From Clostridia bacterium (lineage in GTDB: Bacteria; Bacillota; Clostridia; Oscillospirales; CAG-272): a stretch of 64,000 nucleotides of DNA. Under the pieces are notes generated by a model, which ran no database searches, was not told where the DNA came from, and saw only the letters and a program-made list of their open reading frames with translations. A program made the translations under genes and the position numbers. The DNA is taken from the NCBI GenBank assembly GCA_017623255.1, contig JAGAPL010000076.1, forward strand, positions 3,252 to 67,251, written 5' to 3'. Shown piece after piece: positions 53,701 to 62,593 of this stretch. Position 1 is the stretch's first letter; every line of letters begins with the position of its first letter.

Positions 53701-55935
53701 ATGGCAAGAAAAAAAAAGGTAGAGAAGGTAGAATTACCCCATGCACCTGCTGTGAATCAGCCTATCACGGAAACGATCGAAAAAAACTATATGCCCTATG
53801 CGATGAGTGTTATAGTTTCAAGAGCAATTCCTGAGATTGACGGCTTTAAACCCTCCCACCGTAAATTGCTTTATACTATGTATAAAATGGGATTGCTTGG
53901 CGGCGGAAGAACAAAAAGCGCCAACATTGTAGGACAAACTATGCGTCTCAATCCCCACGGTGATGCTTCTATATACGAAACAATGGTGAGACTCACTCGC
54001 GGTAACGAGAGCCTGCTCCATCCTTTTATAGATTCCAAGGGCTCTTTTGGTAAGCAGTACAGTAGAGATATGGCGTATGCGGCATCCCGTTATACAGAGG
54101 CTCGTCTTGATCCTATATGTGCCGAGCTTTTTGACGGAATAGATAAAAATGCGGTTGATCTCGTTCCTAACTACGATAATACGACAACAGAGCCAACCTT
54201 GTTGCCCACTACATTCCCTAACGTTCTTGTAACACCTAATATGGGTATAGCAGTTGGTATGGCGTCGCAGATATGCTCATTTAACTTGGGTGAAGTTTGC
54301 GATGGCACTATTGCGCTGCTAAAAAATCCCAAGATAACAACAGATAAAATGCTGGACCTGATCAAAGCTCCCGATTTTGCAGGCGGTGCAATGCTTATTT
54401 ATGATAGGGAACAGCTTAAAACTATATATGAAACGGGAAGAGGAAGTGTTCGTCTCCGTTCCAGATATAGCTACGATAAGGAAAACAACTGTATTGATAT
54501 TCTTCAGATTCCTTATTCAACATCCATTGAAGTTATCATCAAAAAGATAGTTGACCTTATAAAAGAAGGTAAGCTGAAGGAAGTCACAGATATCCGAGAC
54601 GAAATTGGTCTTGAAGGATTCAGATTAACGATAGACCTTCGCCGCGGAGTTGATCCCGATGCTCTTATGGCAAAGCTCTATAAGCTCACAACCTTGCAGG
54701 ACGATTTCTCCTGTAACTTTAACGTGCTTATAGATTCTTCTCCCCGTCAGCTTGGCGTAGTTGATATTCTCAGAGAGTGGATCTGTTTCAGAATGAATTG
54801 CCTCTCAAGAGAGTTGACATTTGACCTTGGTAAGAAAAAGGACAAGCTGCACCTTCTCAAAGCACTCAGCAAGATTTTGCTTGATATAGATAAAGCTATA
54901 AAGATCATCCGCGAAACAGAAAAAGAAGCAGATGTTATCCCTAACCTTATGACAGGCTTTGATATAGATAAAGTTCAGGCTGAATATGTGGCTGAAATCA
55001 AGCTTCGCCATCTCAACCACGAATATCTTATCAACAGAGTTAAAGAAATTGAAAATCTTCGCGCTGAAATTAAGGAAATTGAGGCTATTCTTGCTGACGA
55101 GATCAAGCTTAAGGGCGTTATAGCAGAACAGCTTAAAGCAATCAAGAAAAAATATGCTAAGCCAAGAAAAACTCAGCTTATTTTTGCTGATGATATTATT
55201 GAGGCTCCAAAAACTGAAGAAATTGAAAATTATAATTGCCGAATCGTTCTCACACGTGACGGATATTTCAAAAAGGTTACTCATCAGTCACTAAGAGGCA
55301 ACGACGAGCATAGACTAAAGGATGGAGACGAGATAATCTGCAGCGAGGATGCTCAGAATATTGATGATCTGTTTATCGTCACTGACAGATGTCACACATA
55401 TAAGGTGAAGCTCTCAATGTTTGATCCTGTGAAAGCGTCTCTCATGGGTGACTACCTTCCCGCAAAGCTTGATTTTGAAGACGGTGAAAAACCGATTCTT
55501 ATCAAAGCAATAAATGATAGCTTTAAAGCAGAGCACCATATCATCTATATTTTTGAAAACGGTAAGGGTGTCAGAATCCCTGTTTCAGCATATGAAACGA
55601 AATCAAACCGTAAAAAACTCACAAATGCATATAGTGCAGCATCACCCATCGTTGCAGCATTGTATGAAAGCGAAACCTGCGAGATCCTTATGGGTAGTGA
55701 TGCAGGGCGAGGAATACTTATCAAATCCTCTCTCATCCCTGAGAAAACAACGAGAACGGCAGGTGGCGTAACATTGTTCACCATTAAGAAAAACCAAAAG
55801 GTAATTCTTGCGGTAAACGGTGAAAGACTTGAAAAATATGAGGGTGCATCAAAATGCAGAAAGATCAAGATCCCTGCAACAGGTAACCCTCTCACAATTC
55901 CTGATCTTGCGGAAATGCAGATAGGTATAGAATAA
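53701..55935 (+). CDS. parC: type IIA topoisomerase subunit A (ParC-like; no partner B subunit in window)
   Basis: It has YMPYAMSVIVSRAIPEIDGFKPSHRKLLY, the active-site region AASRYTEARL, and a 744-aa length. Confidence 0.75.
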   Translation: MARKKKVEKVELPHAPAVNQPITETIEKNYMPYAMSVIVSRAIPEIDGFKPSHRKLLYTMYKMGLLGGGRTKSANIVGQTMRLNPHGDASIYETMVRLTRGNESLLHPFIDSKGSFGKQYSRDMAYAASRYTEARLDPICAELFDGIDKNAVDLVPNYDNTTTEPTLLPTTFPNVLVTPNMGIAVGMASQICSFNLGEVCDGTIALLKNPKITTDKMLDLIKAPDFAGGAMLIYDREQLKTIYETGRGSVRLRSRYSYDKENNCIDILQIPYSTSIEVIIKKIVDLIKEGKLKEVTDIRDEIGLEGFRLTIDLRRGVDPDALMAKLYKLTTLQDDFSCNFNVLIDSSPRQLGVVDILREWICFRMNCLSRELTFDLGKKKDKLHLLKALSKILLDIDKAIKIIRETEKEADVIPNLMTGFDIDKVQAEYVAEIKLRHLNHEYLINRVKEIENLRAEIKEIEAILADEIKLKGVIAEQLKAIKKKYAKPRKTQLIFADDIIEAPKTEEIENYNCRIVLTRDGYFKKVTHQSLRGNDEHRLKDGDEIICSEDAQNIDDLFIVTDRCHTYKVKLSMFDPVKASLMGDYLPAKLDFEDGEKPILIKAINDSFKAEHHIIYIFENGKGVRIPVSAYETKSNRKKLTNAYSAASPIVAALYESETCEILMGSDAGRGILIKSSLIPEKTTRTAGGVTLFTIKKNQKVILAVNGERLEKYEGASKCRKIKIPATGNPLTIPDLAEMQIGIE

Positions 55936-55964
55936 TCCTGTATAGAAAGGTAAGTGAAGTTGAA

Positions 55965-56072
55965 ATGCAGAAAAAATCAGTTAAAACAATAGTGCGTGTT
56001 ATTGCTGTTGTATTGGTAGCTTTGATGGTGCTCAGCTGCGCTTCTGTAGTGATTCCGTTTCTGTTTGGCTGA
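55965..56072 (+). CDS. possible 35-aa single-TM peptide
   Basis: My own translation is MQKKSVKTIVRVIAVVLVALMVLSCASVVIPFLFG. The RBS is weak, so coding status is uncertain. Confidence 0.25.
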   Translation: MQKKSVKTIVRVIAVVLVALMVLSCASVVIPFLFG

Positions 56073-56105
56073 TTTTCAATATCCTCATATGGAATTTGAT
56101 TTTCA

Positions 56106-57290
56106 GTGAATTATCAAAAAACTAAAACAGCGTGCTATCTTGGTTATGTAACCCATGCTGTAGCAGTAAACCTGGCTCCGCTTCTGTTCGCTTGTTTTCA
56201 GCGTACATATGAGGTGAAGCTGGGTTTTCTTGCTTTTTTAACCCTTATAACCTTCACTGTGCAGATTTTGGTGGATCTGTCAGCTGTAAAGTTTATTGAA
56301 AAGGTGAGTTTCAGAACTCTTGCAGTAACCAGTCAGTATCTGTGTGCTATAGGACTTGTTTTGCTTGGTATTTTGCCCGATATGATAATGCCCGAGGTAG
56401 CATTTCTTATAGCTTCGGCTTTTTATTCCGTTGGCAGCGGAATGGCAGAAGTTGTACTTTCTCCGTTGATTGAAGCAATTCCGGAAGAGGAAGGGAAGGG
56501 CTCGTCACTGTCGCTTCTTCATTCATTCTATTCGTGGGGGCATGTGCTTGTTATTGTAGTAACAACGTTGCTTTTGAAAATAATGGGAGATGACTTGTGG
56601 TTTTTGATACCGATTATCTGGTCGTCAATTCCACTGAGTTGTGCTGTAAAATTCAGTCGAGTACCAATTCCTGATATGATCTGCCACGAAGAAGGGAAAG
56701 GTGTTGGAGGTCTGTTCAAGTGTAAATTGTTTATTCTGTTCTTTGTGCTGATGATATCTTCAGGTGCATCAGAACAAATAATGGCGCAATGGTCCTCTTA
56801 TTATGCTGAAATAGCTTTAGGTGTTCCCAAAATAGCCGGTGATCTGATCGGACCGCTTATATTTGCAATAACCATGGCTCTCGGCAGAACCTTCTATGGT
56901 GTGTTTGGCAGTAAGCTTGAATTGCGAAAAGCACTCACCGCTTTTTCTGCCTTGACAGCAATATGCTTTATTATAGCTGCTTTGGCTCCTGTGCCAATAG
57001 TGTGTCTGCTTGCTATGGGAATTTCGGGTGTCGGGATAAGCCTGCTGTGGCCGGGAGTACTGTCTCTTTCAAAAGATAAGTATAGTGGTGGAGGAGCGTC
57101 AATGTTTGCTTTTTTGGCTTTCAGCGGAGATATCGGATGCTCACTTGGACCATTTATGTGCGGCGGCGTTTCCGAATTGATTGAGAGCTCAAATTCACTT
57201 AGAATAGGTATTTTATCCGGAGTAGTATTCCCAATCATAATGATTATAGGTTTAAATGCGATAAAAAAAAGAAAGGAAGCCTCAATTTGA
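56106..57290 (+). CDS. MFS transporter
   Basis: The 394-aa protein has about 12 TM segments arranged as two six-helix halves. It starts at a GTG. Confidence 0.75.
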   Translation: MNYQKTKTACYLGYVTHAVAVNLAPLLFACFQRTYEVKLGFLAFLTLITFTVQILVDLSAVKFIEKVSFRTLAVTSQYLCAIGLVLLGILPDMIMPEVAFLIASAFYSVGSGMAEVVLSPLIEAIPEEEGKGSSLSLLHSFYSWGHVLVIVVTTLLLKIMGDDLWFLIPIIWSSIPLSCAVKFSRVPIPDMICHEEGKGVGGLFKCKLFILFFVLMISSGASEQIMAQWSSYYAEIALGVPKIAGDLIGPLIFAITMALGRTFYGVFGSKLELRKALTAFSALTAICFIIAALAPVPIVCLLAMGISGVGISLLWPGVLSLSKDKYSGGGASMFAFLAFSGDIGCSLGPFMCGGVSELIESSNSLRIGILSGVVFPIIMIIGLNAIKKRKEASI

Positions 57291-57303
57291 GGCTTCCTTT
57301 CTT
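57272..57303. terminator. terminator hairpin at the MFS gene end
   Basis: A 13-bp stem pairs aaaggaagcctca with tgaggcttccttt and encloses the stop codon. Confidence 0.7.
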
Positions 57304-57342
57304 GGCATATGTATTTGGTATTCTATGAAAAGAATTTGGAAA

Positions 57343-57495
57343 TCATTTTTTGTGGCAGCTTTCGCTGAATGCACAGCCGTTGCAACCACAGGAGCAGGAG
57401 GATTTTCCTTGCTTCTTTTTTATTATTTCATTTACAATGATTGCAATAAATATAATTGCAATCACTGATGCGATAATTATTGTAGGAGCGTTCAT
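57343..57495 (-). CDS. FeoB-associated Cys-rich membrane protein (50 aa)
   Basis: My own translation is MNAPTIIIASVIAIIFIAIIVNEIIKKKQGKSSCSCGCNGCAFSESCHKK. GGAGGT lies 5 nt upstream, and the gene lies 17 nt after the feoB stop. It is below the ORF-track size cut-off. Confidence 0.85.
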   Translation of the reverse strand: MNAPTIIIASVIAIIFIAIIVNEIIKKKQGKSSCSCGCNGCAFSESCHKK

Positions 57496-57512
57496 AACGA
57501 CCTCCGTAGGAT

Positions 57513-59660
57513 TTACTTTTTGTTGAATTTATTGGGGCGAACAAGAAGCCAGATGAGAGCAGCAAGCACAATAAATGCGATTGCTGTGGCTACTGTAAAT
57601 GCGCCGCCTGAAATAAGTGTACCGATCTGGAACACGATAAGGGAAATTGCATATGCAAATACGCACATATAAGCAATTGCGCCAACGGACCATTTCCAGT
57701 TGTTCATTTCGCGCTTGATTGCACCCATAGCTGCAAAGCAGGGAGCGCAGAGAAGGTTGAATATCATAAATGAGAAACCTGCAAGCTTATTACCTGCAAA
57801 AATTTCATAACCAACGAGAGCAAGCTTTGCAGATTCACCGGCTTCAACAAGCTCGAATGCAAGGTCTGCGTCGGCCATAGATGTGAGTGAACCGAATACG
57901 CCAACAACTTCTTCTTTAGCAACCAGACCGAGAATTGTAGCAACAGCAGCCTGCCATGTGCCGAATCCGAGGGGCTTGAAAATAGTTGCAATTGCCGATC
58001 CTATGATATTGAGCACCGATGTTTCATCACCAGTTATAAAGTGAAGTCCACCTTCAAAAGAAATACTGTTGAAAATCCAAATTAGTATGCTGGCAGCAAG
58101 AATAACAGTGCCGGCGCGCTTTATAAAGGACCAACCTCTGTCCCATGTGGTTCTGAACACATTGCTTGCAACGGGAGCGTGGTATGCAGGAAGTTCCATA
58201 ACAAAGGGAGCGGGGTCACCTGCAAAAAGCTTTGTTTTCTTGAGAATTATTCCTGAAACAACAACTGCGCCAATACCAATAAAATAAGCAGCAGTTGCAA
58301 CCCAAGCGCTGCCGCCGAAGAGGGCGCCCGCAATAAGACCAACTATAGGCATTTTAGCGCTGCAGGGAATAAATCCTGTTGTCATAATTGTAATTTTACG
58401 GTCGCGATCCTGTTCAATTGTTCGGCTCGCCATAATTCCGGGAACACCGCAGCCGCTGGCAATTAGCATAGGGATAAAGCTTTTTCCTGAAAGACCAAAC
58501 TTGCGGAAAAGTCTGTCCATAATGAACGCAACTCTTGACATATAACCGCAGTCTTCAAGGAGAGAGAGCATAATAAATAGGATGAGCATCTGAGGAACGA
58601 AGCCAAGAACTGCGCCAACACCGCTGAGAATTCCGTCAGCAATAAGACTTGTGAGCCAATCAGCGCATCCTGCATTTACAAGAAGATCTGTAGCGCCGGG
58701 AATTATCCATTCTCCGAAAAGAACGTCGTTCATAAAGCCAACAGTCCAGTCGCCGATCGTTCCGATAGAGATTGTATAAACAAACCACATAATTGCCGCA
58801 AAAATAGGAAGGGCAAGTATTCTGTTAGTAAGAATTTTGTCTATTTTATCAGAGGTTGAGAGCTTACCAGCATTTTTCTTAACATAGCACTGGTGAACAA
58901 TATTTGTTACATAAACATAACGTTCATTGGTGATGATAGCCTCAGCGTCATCATCAAGTTCTTCTTCTACTGCAACAATATCAGCTTCTATATGTTCAAG
59001 CTTGGACTTTTCAAGTGAAAAGTCTTCAAGCAGCTTATAATCGCGCTCGAATATTTTGATAGCATACCATCTTTGCTGCTCTTCGGGAAGGCTGTGAACC
59101 GTTGCTTCTTCAATATGAGCTATAGCATGTTCAACAGTTCCTGAGAAGATATGACGTGGAATTACCTTGCCGATTTTTGCTGCTTCAATTGCTGCTTCAG
59201 CTGCTTCAATAATGCCGTCGCCTTTCAGCGCAGATATTTCAACGATTTTACAACTGATTTTTTTGCTAAGCTTTTCGATATCTATTATATCACCGTTTCT
59301 TCTTACAACGTCCATCATGTTAATAGCAATAACAACAGGTATACCAAGCTCCATAAGCTGTGTTGTAAGGTAAAGGTTTCTTTCAAGGTTGGTACCGTCA
59401 ACTATGTTCAGTATTGCATCGGGACGTTCACCTATGAGATAATTTCTCGCAACAACTTCCTCAAGAGTGTAAGGAGAAAGGGAATAGATGCCGGGAAGAT
59501 CTGTAATTGTAACGTTATCGTATTTTTTGACTTTTCCTTCTTTTTTTTCAACGGTAACTCCGGGCCAGTTACCAACGTACTGGTTAGCACCTGTCAGTGC
59601 ATTAAACATAGTAGTCTTACCGCTGTTAGGATTTCCGGCAAGAGCAATAGTAATATTCAT
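57513..59660 (-). CDS. feoB: ferrous iron transporter B
   Basis: The G-domain reads IALAGNPNSGKTTMFNALTG...DLPGIYSL. It is followed by a polytopic membrane domain, for a total of 715 aa. Confidence 0.97.
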   Translation of the reverse strand: MNITIALAGNPNSGKTTMFNALTGANQYVGNWPGVTVEKKEGKVKKYDNVTITDLPGIYSLSPYTLEEVVARNYLIGERPDAILNIVDGTNLERNLYLTTQLMELGIPVVIAINMMDVVRRNGDIIDIEKLSKKISCKIVEISALKGDGIIEAAEAAIEAAKIGKVIPRHIFSGTVEHAIAHIEEATVHSLPEEQQRWYAIKIFERDYKLLEDFSLEKSKLEHIEADIVAVEEELDDDAEAIITNERYVYVTNIVHQCYVKKNAGKLSTSDKIDKILTNRILALPIFAAIMWFVYTISIGTIGDWTVGFMNDVLFGEWIIPGATDLLVNAGCADWLTSLIADGILSGVGAVLGFVPQMLILFIMLSLLEDCGYMSRVAFIMDRLFRKFGLSGKSFIPMLIASGCGVPGIMASRTIEQDRDRKITIMTTGFIPCSAKMPIVGLIAGALFGGSAWVATAAYFIGIGAVVVSGIILKKTKLFAGDPAPFVMELPAYHAPVASNVFRTTWDRGWSFIKRAGTVILAASILIWIFNSISFEGGLHFITGDETSVLNIIGSAIATIFKPLGFGTWQAAVATILGLVAKEEVVGVFGSLTSMADADLAFELVEAGESAKLALVGYEIFAGNKLAGFSFMIFNLLCAPCFAAMGAIKREMNNWKWSVGAIAYMCVFAYAISLIVFQIGTLISGGAFTVATAIAFIVLAALIWLLVRPNKFNKK

Positions 59661-59677
59661 CGTGATGTCTCCTTGTC

Positions 59678-59697
59678 GTTAGCAAATGCTAACTGTA
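59678..59697. promoter_or_regulatory. palindromic operator copy 3 (GTTAGC-AAAT-GCTAAC), just upstream of the feoB RBS
   Basis: The 20-nt string gttagcaaatgctaactgta is identical to the one at 59980-59999. Confidence 0.6.
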
Positions 59698-59728
59698 TGT
59701 TATAAAAACAAAATAATTTCAGGTTGGA

Positions 59729-59950
59729 TTATTCAACCTCTATCATCTCGGCATCAGCTTTTCTGATTGAAAGCTCATATCCGCGAACAGTTATTTCAAG
59801 AGGATCTCCAAGGGGGGCAACTTTTCGAATGCAGAGGTCAACTCCCTTTGTGATACCCATATCCATGATTCTGCGCTTAACTGCGCCTTCTCCATGTAGT
59901 TTTATAACTTTAACAAATTTTCCTATTTTGGCATCTTTAAGTGTGTTCAT
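59729..59950 (-). CDS. feoA: FeoA family protein
   Basis: It starts MNTLKDAKIGKFVKVIKLHGEG and has GITKGVDLCIRKVAPLGDPLEI. The ATG at 59950 lies 7 nt after AAGGAG. Confidence 0.9.
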   Translation of the reverse strand: MNTLKDAKIGKFVKVIKLHGEGAVKRRIMDMGITKGVDLCIRKVAPLGDPLEITVRGYELSIRKADAEMIEVE

Positions 59951-59979
59951 ATGAATCTCCTTCAACATATAAACGTTGG

Positions 59980-59999
59980 GTTAGCAAATGCTAACTGTA
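59980..59999. promoter_or_regulatory. palindromic operator copy 1 in the feoA leader
   Basis: The string gttagcaaatgctaactgta contains a perfect 6-4-6 inverted repeat. Confidence 0.6.
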
Positions 60000-60012
60000 C
60001 TTAATTTTTTAA

Positions 60013-60030
60013 GGTTAGCCTTTGCTAACC
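60013..60030. promoter_or_regulatory. palindromic operator copy 2, abutting the feoA -10 box
   Basis: The string ggttagcctttgctaacc is a perfect 7-4-7 inverted repeat. It lies 6 nt downstream of the -10 hexamer. Confidence 0.6.
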
Positions 60031-60036
60031 ACAACT

Positions 60037-60065
60037 ATAATACTACCATATTTATCCTTTGTCAA
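60037..60065 (-). promoter_or_regulatory. sigma-A promoter of feoA-feoB
   Basis: On the minus strand: TTGACA (60065-60060), a 17-nt spacer, then TATTAT (60042-60037). Confidence 0.6.
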
Positions 60066-60148
60066 GTATTTTTTTAGATTTTTTTTATTTTGTCAAAATT
60101 GAACTATTTTCGTTTACAAATGTAAAATCCTGTGGTATACTTTTTTCT

Positions 60149-60943
60149 ATGAAAAAGGGTATATTTATATATTTTGGTTTTGAAATGGAAATGCGAGCCC
60201 GCATTGATCTTATAAAAAAAGCAGGCTTTGATTCTATAATGGTCTGGGCAGCAGATGAAGATATTGCTCACACAGTATCATATGCCAGGGAGCATGGTAT
60301 TTATGTTTCCAACGCCCATCTGCCTTTCAAAAATATCAACTGCATATGGGAAGAAGGAGATGCAGGGGATATAATGGCGGATGAGTTTTGCCATCTTTTA
60401 AAAGTTTGCGGTGAGCTTGATATTCCTGCAGCTGTTTACCACGTGTCAAGTTCCTTTACGCCCCCACCATATAATATGAAGGGAATAGATCGTATCAGAA
60501 AGGTAGTAAGCGCCGCTGAAGAATACGGGGTTGATATTGCATTTGAAAATCTGCGCAGGATAGACTATTTGCAGTACGTTTATGATAACGTTACCTCAGA
60601 GAGAGCAAAGTTTTGCTTTGATTGCGGTCATCATAATTATCTTTGCCCCGAGCTGGATCTGTTTGAAATGTTCGGTGATAAGCTTGTTGCGGTCCATCTG
60701 CACGATAATTTTGGTGACTATGATTGGCATATGTTGCCCTTTGATGCAAAGGTTGATTATGAAAGGGTAGCAAAAGGTCTTGCATCTGTTGGGTATGATG
60801 GTCCTGTTTCTCTTGAGGTTCATCAGGACGTTCACGAGATGTATAAGGATTACACACCGGAGCAGTTCGTGTTTGAAGCATATGATAGAGCTCTCAAGCT
60901 GGAAGAAATGATCGTAAAGGAAAAATATCCTCAATCTTATTGA
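60149..60943 (+). CDS. sugar phosphate isomerase/epimerase (xylose isomerase-like TIM barrel)
   Basis: It has AFENL and VHLHDN, which are the metal-ligand motifs of the AP-endonuclease-2/TIM barrel family. I chose the start at ATG 60149 (MKKGIFIYFGF). Confidence 0.7.
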   Translation: MKKGIFIYFGFEMEMRARIDLIKKAGFDSIMVWAADEDIAHTVSYAREHGIYVSNAHLPFKNINCIWEEGDAGDIMADEFCHLLKVCGELDIPAAVYHVSSSFTPPPYNMKGIDRIRKVVSAAEEYGVDIAFENLRRIDYLQYVYDNVTSERAKFCFDCGHHNYLCPELDLFEMFGDKLVAVHLHDNFGDYDWHMLPFDAKVDYERVAKGLASVGYDGPVSLEVHQDVHEMYKDYTPEQFVFEAYDRALKLEEMIVKEKYPQSY

Positions 60944-60968
60944 CAAGTGTTCGAATATGTGGTAGTAT
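60940..60968 (+). promoter_or_regulatory. sigma-A promoter of the SCIFF precursor gene
   Basis: TTGACA (60940-60945), a 17-nt spacer, then TAGTAT (60963-60968). Confidence 0.55.
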
Positions 60969-61000
60969 TTATTAGAACATTTTTTGTGGAGGTTACCATA

Positions 61001-61150
61001 ATGGAACGTATTAAGACCATCGAAACCCGCAATCTGTGTGACAGCGCGAAGAATGGCGGATGCGGCGAATGCCAGACTTCCTGCCAGTCTGCTTGCAAGA
61101 CAAGCTGCGGCATTGCTAACCAGCAGTGTGAAAACACAGAAAGCAAGTAA
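61001..61150 (+). CDS. scfA: SCIFF ranthipeptide precursor (49 aa)
   Basis: The sequence is MERIKTIETRNLCDSAKNGGCGECQTSCQSACKTSCGIANQQCENTESK. The core GGCGECQTSCQSACKTSC is the SCIFF signature. The ATG at 61001 follows GTGGAGGT. Confidence 0.9.
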   Translation: MERIKTIETRNLCDSAKNGGCGECQTSCQSACKTSCGIANQQCENTESK

Positions 61151-61162
61151 TTTGTTCGATAT

Positions 61163-61190
61163 AAATGCCGCCGAATCGGCGGCATTTTTT
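61163..61190 (+). terminator. intrinsic terminator between the SCIFF precursor and its maturase
   Basis: An 11-bp stem pairs aaatgccgccg with cggcggcattt around an aat loop. It is followed by tttttt. Confidence 0.85.
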
Positions 61191-61210
61191 CATATAGATT
61201 GGAGTTTTTT

Positions 61211-62593
61211 ATGATACATCAGTATAAACTGGGCGGCTATAATATTGTTCTTGACGTTTGCTCAGGCGCAGTTCACGTTGTTGATGAAGTTGCCTATGAT
61301 ATAATCGGCATGTTTGAAACCAATAGCAAAGAAGCTATTGTCAAAGCAATGGCTGAAAAATATGCCGATCGCGATGATGTAACAATTCCGGAATTAGAGG
61401 ATTGTTATGATCAGGTAGTTGCGCTTAAAGAAAGCGGAAAGCTTTTTGCGCCTGATAATTTTGAGTCAATGGCAGGGCATCTGAAGGCTAAAACTGCAGG
61501 CGTTGTAAAAGCGCTTTGTCTTCATATTGCTCACACGTGCAATCTCAATTGTGAATATTGCTTTGCAAGTCAGGGAAAATATCACGGCGAAAGAGCTGTA
61601 ATGAGCTTTGAGGTAGGTAAACAGGCACTTGATTTTCTTATAGCAAATTCGGGCACTCGCCGCAATCTTGAAGTGGACTTTTTCGGCGGAGAGCCGCTTA
61701 TGAATTTTGAAGTTGTTAAACAGCTTGTTGAATATGCAAGAAGTATTGAAAAGCAGCATAATAAAAACTTCAGATTTACTCTTACTACCAACGGACTTCT
61801 CATAGATGACGACGTTATAGATTTTGCAAACCGTGAAATGAGCAACGTGGTTCTCAGTCTTGACGGACGCAAAGAAATTCACGACCGCTACAGAGTTGAC
61901 TATGCAGGCAACGGAAGCTGGGATAGAATAGTTCCAAAATTCCAGCGTCTCGTAGAAGCAAGAGGCGGCAAGGATTATTATATGCGTGGCACCTTCACTC
62001 ATGCAAATCCTGATTTTCTCAATGATATAAAGCAGATGCTTGATCTTGGATTTAACGAGCTCAGTATGGAGCCCGTTGTATGTGCTGACGGTGATCCTTC
62101 ACAGTTGACTGAAGAAGATCTCGCTGTAGTAATGGATCAGTATGAAAAACTTGCTGAACTTATGCTTGAAAAGGATAAAGAGGGCAAACCATTTACCTTC
62201 TATCACTATATGATCGATCTGACCGGTGGACCTTGTATATATAAGAGAATTTCAGGTTGCGGTTCAGGAACGGAATATATGGCTGTAACACCTTGGGGTG
62301 ATCTTTATCCCTGCCATCAGTTTGTGGGTGAAGAAAAGTTCAAGCTTGGTGATATCTGGCAGGGTGTGACCAATAAAGAAACACAGGCAGAGTTTGCGGC
62401 ATGTAACGTTTATGCACATCCTGAGTGTAAGGATTGTTGGGCGCGTCTCTATTGCTCCGGCGGATGCGCGGCAAATGCTTATCATTCAACAGGAAGCGTA
62501 ACAGGCGTGTATGAGGATGGATGCAAGCTTTTCCGCAAGAGAATGGAATGTGCTATCATGGTAGCCGTTGCAAGACAGCTTGGAAATAACTGA
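61211..62593 (+). CDS. scfB: radical SAM/SPASM thioether-forming SCIFF maturase
   Basis: It has CNLNCEYC (CxxxCxxC) and the C-terminal SPASM cysteines CGSGTEYMAVTPWGDLYPC...CKDCWARLYCSGGC. It lies directly after scfA. Confidence 0.9.
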   Translation: MIHQYKLGGYNIVLDVCSGAVHVVDEVAYDIIGMFETNSKEAIVKAMAEKYADRDDVTIPELEDCYDQVVALKESGKLFAPDNFESMAGHLKAKTAGVVKALCLHIAHTCNLNCEYCFASQGKYHGERAVMSFEVGKQALDFLIANSGTRRNLEVDFFGGEPLMNFEVVKQLVEYARSIEKQHNKNFRFTLTTNGLLIDDDVIDFANREMSNVVLSLDGRKEIHDRYRVDYAGNGSWDRIVPKFQRLVEARGGKDYYMRGTFTHANPDFLNDIKQMLDLGFNELSMEPVVCADGDPSQLTEEDLAVVMDQYEKLAELMLEKDKEGKPFTFYHYMIDLTGGPCIYKRISGCGSGTEYMAVTPWGDLYPCHQFVGEEKFKLGDIWQGVTNKETQAEFAACNVYAHPECKDCWARLYCSGGCAANAYHSTGSVTGVYEDGCKLFRKRMECAIMVAVARQLGNN

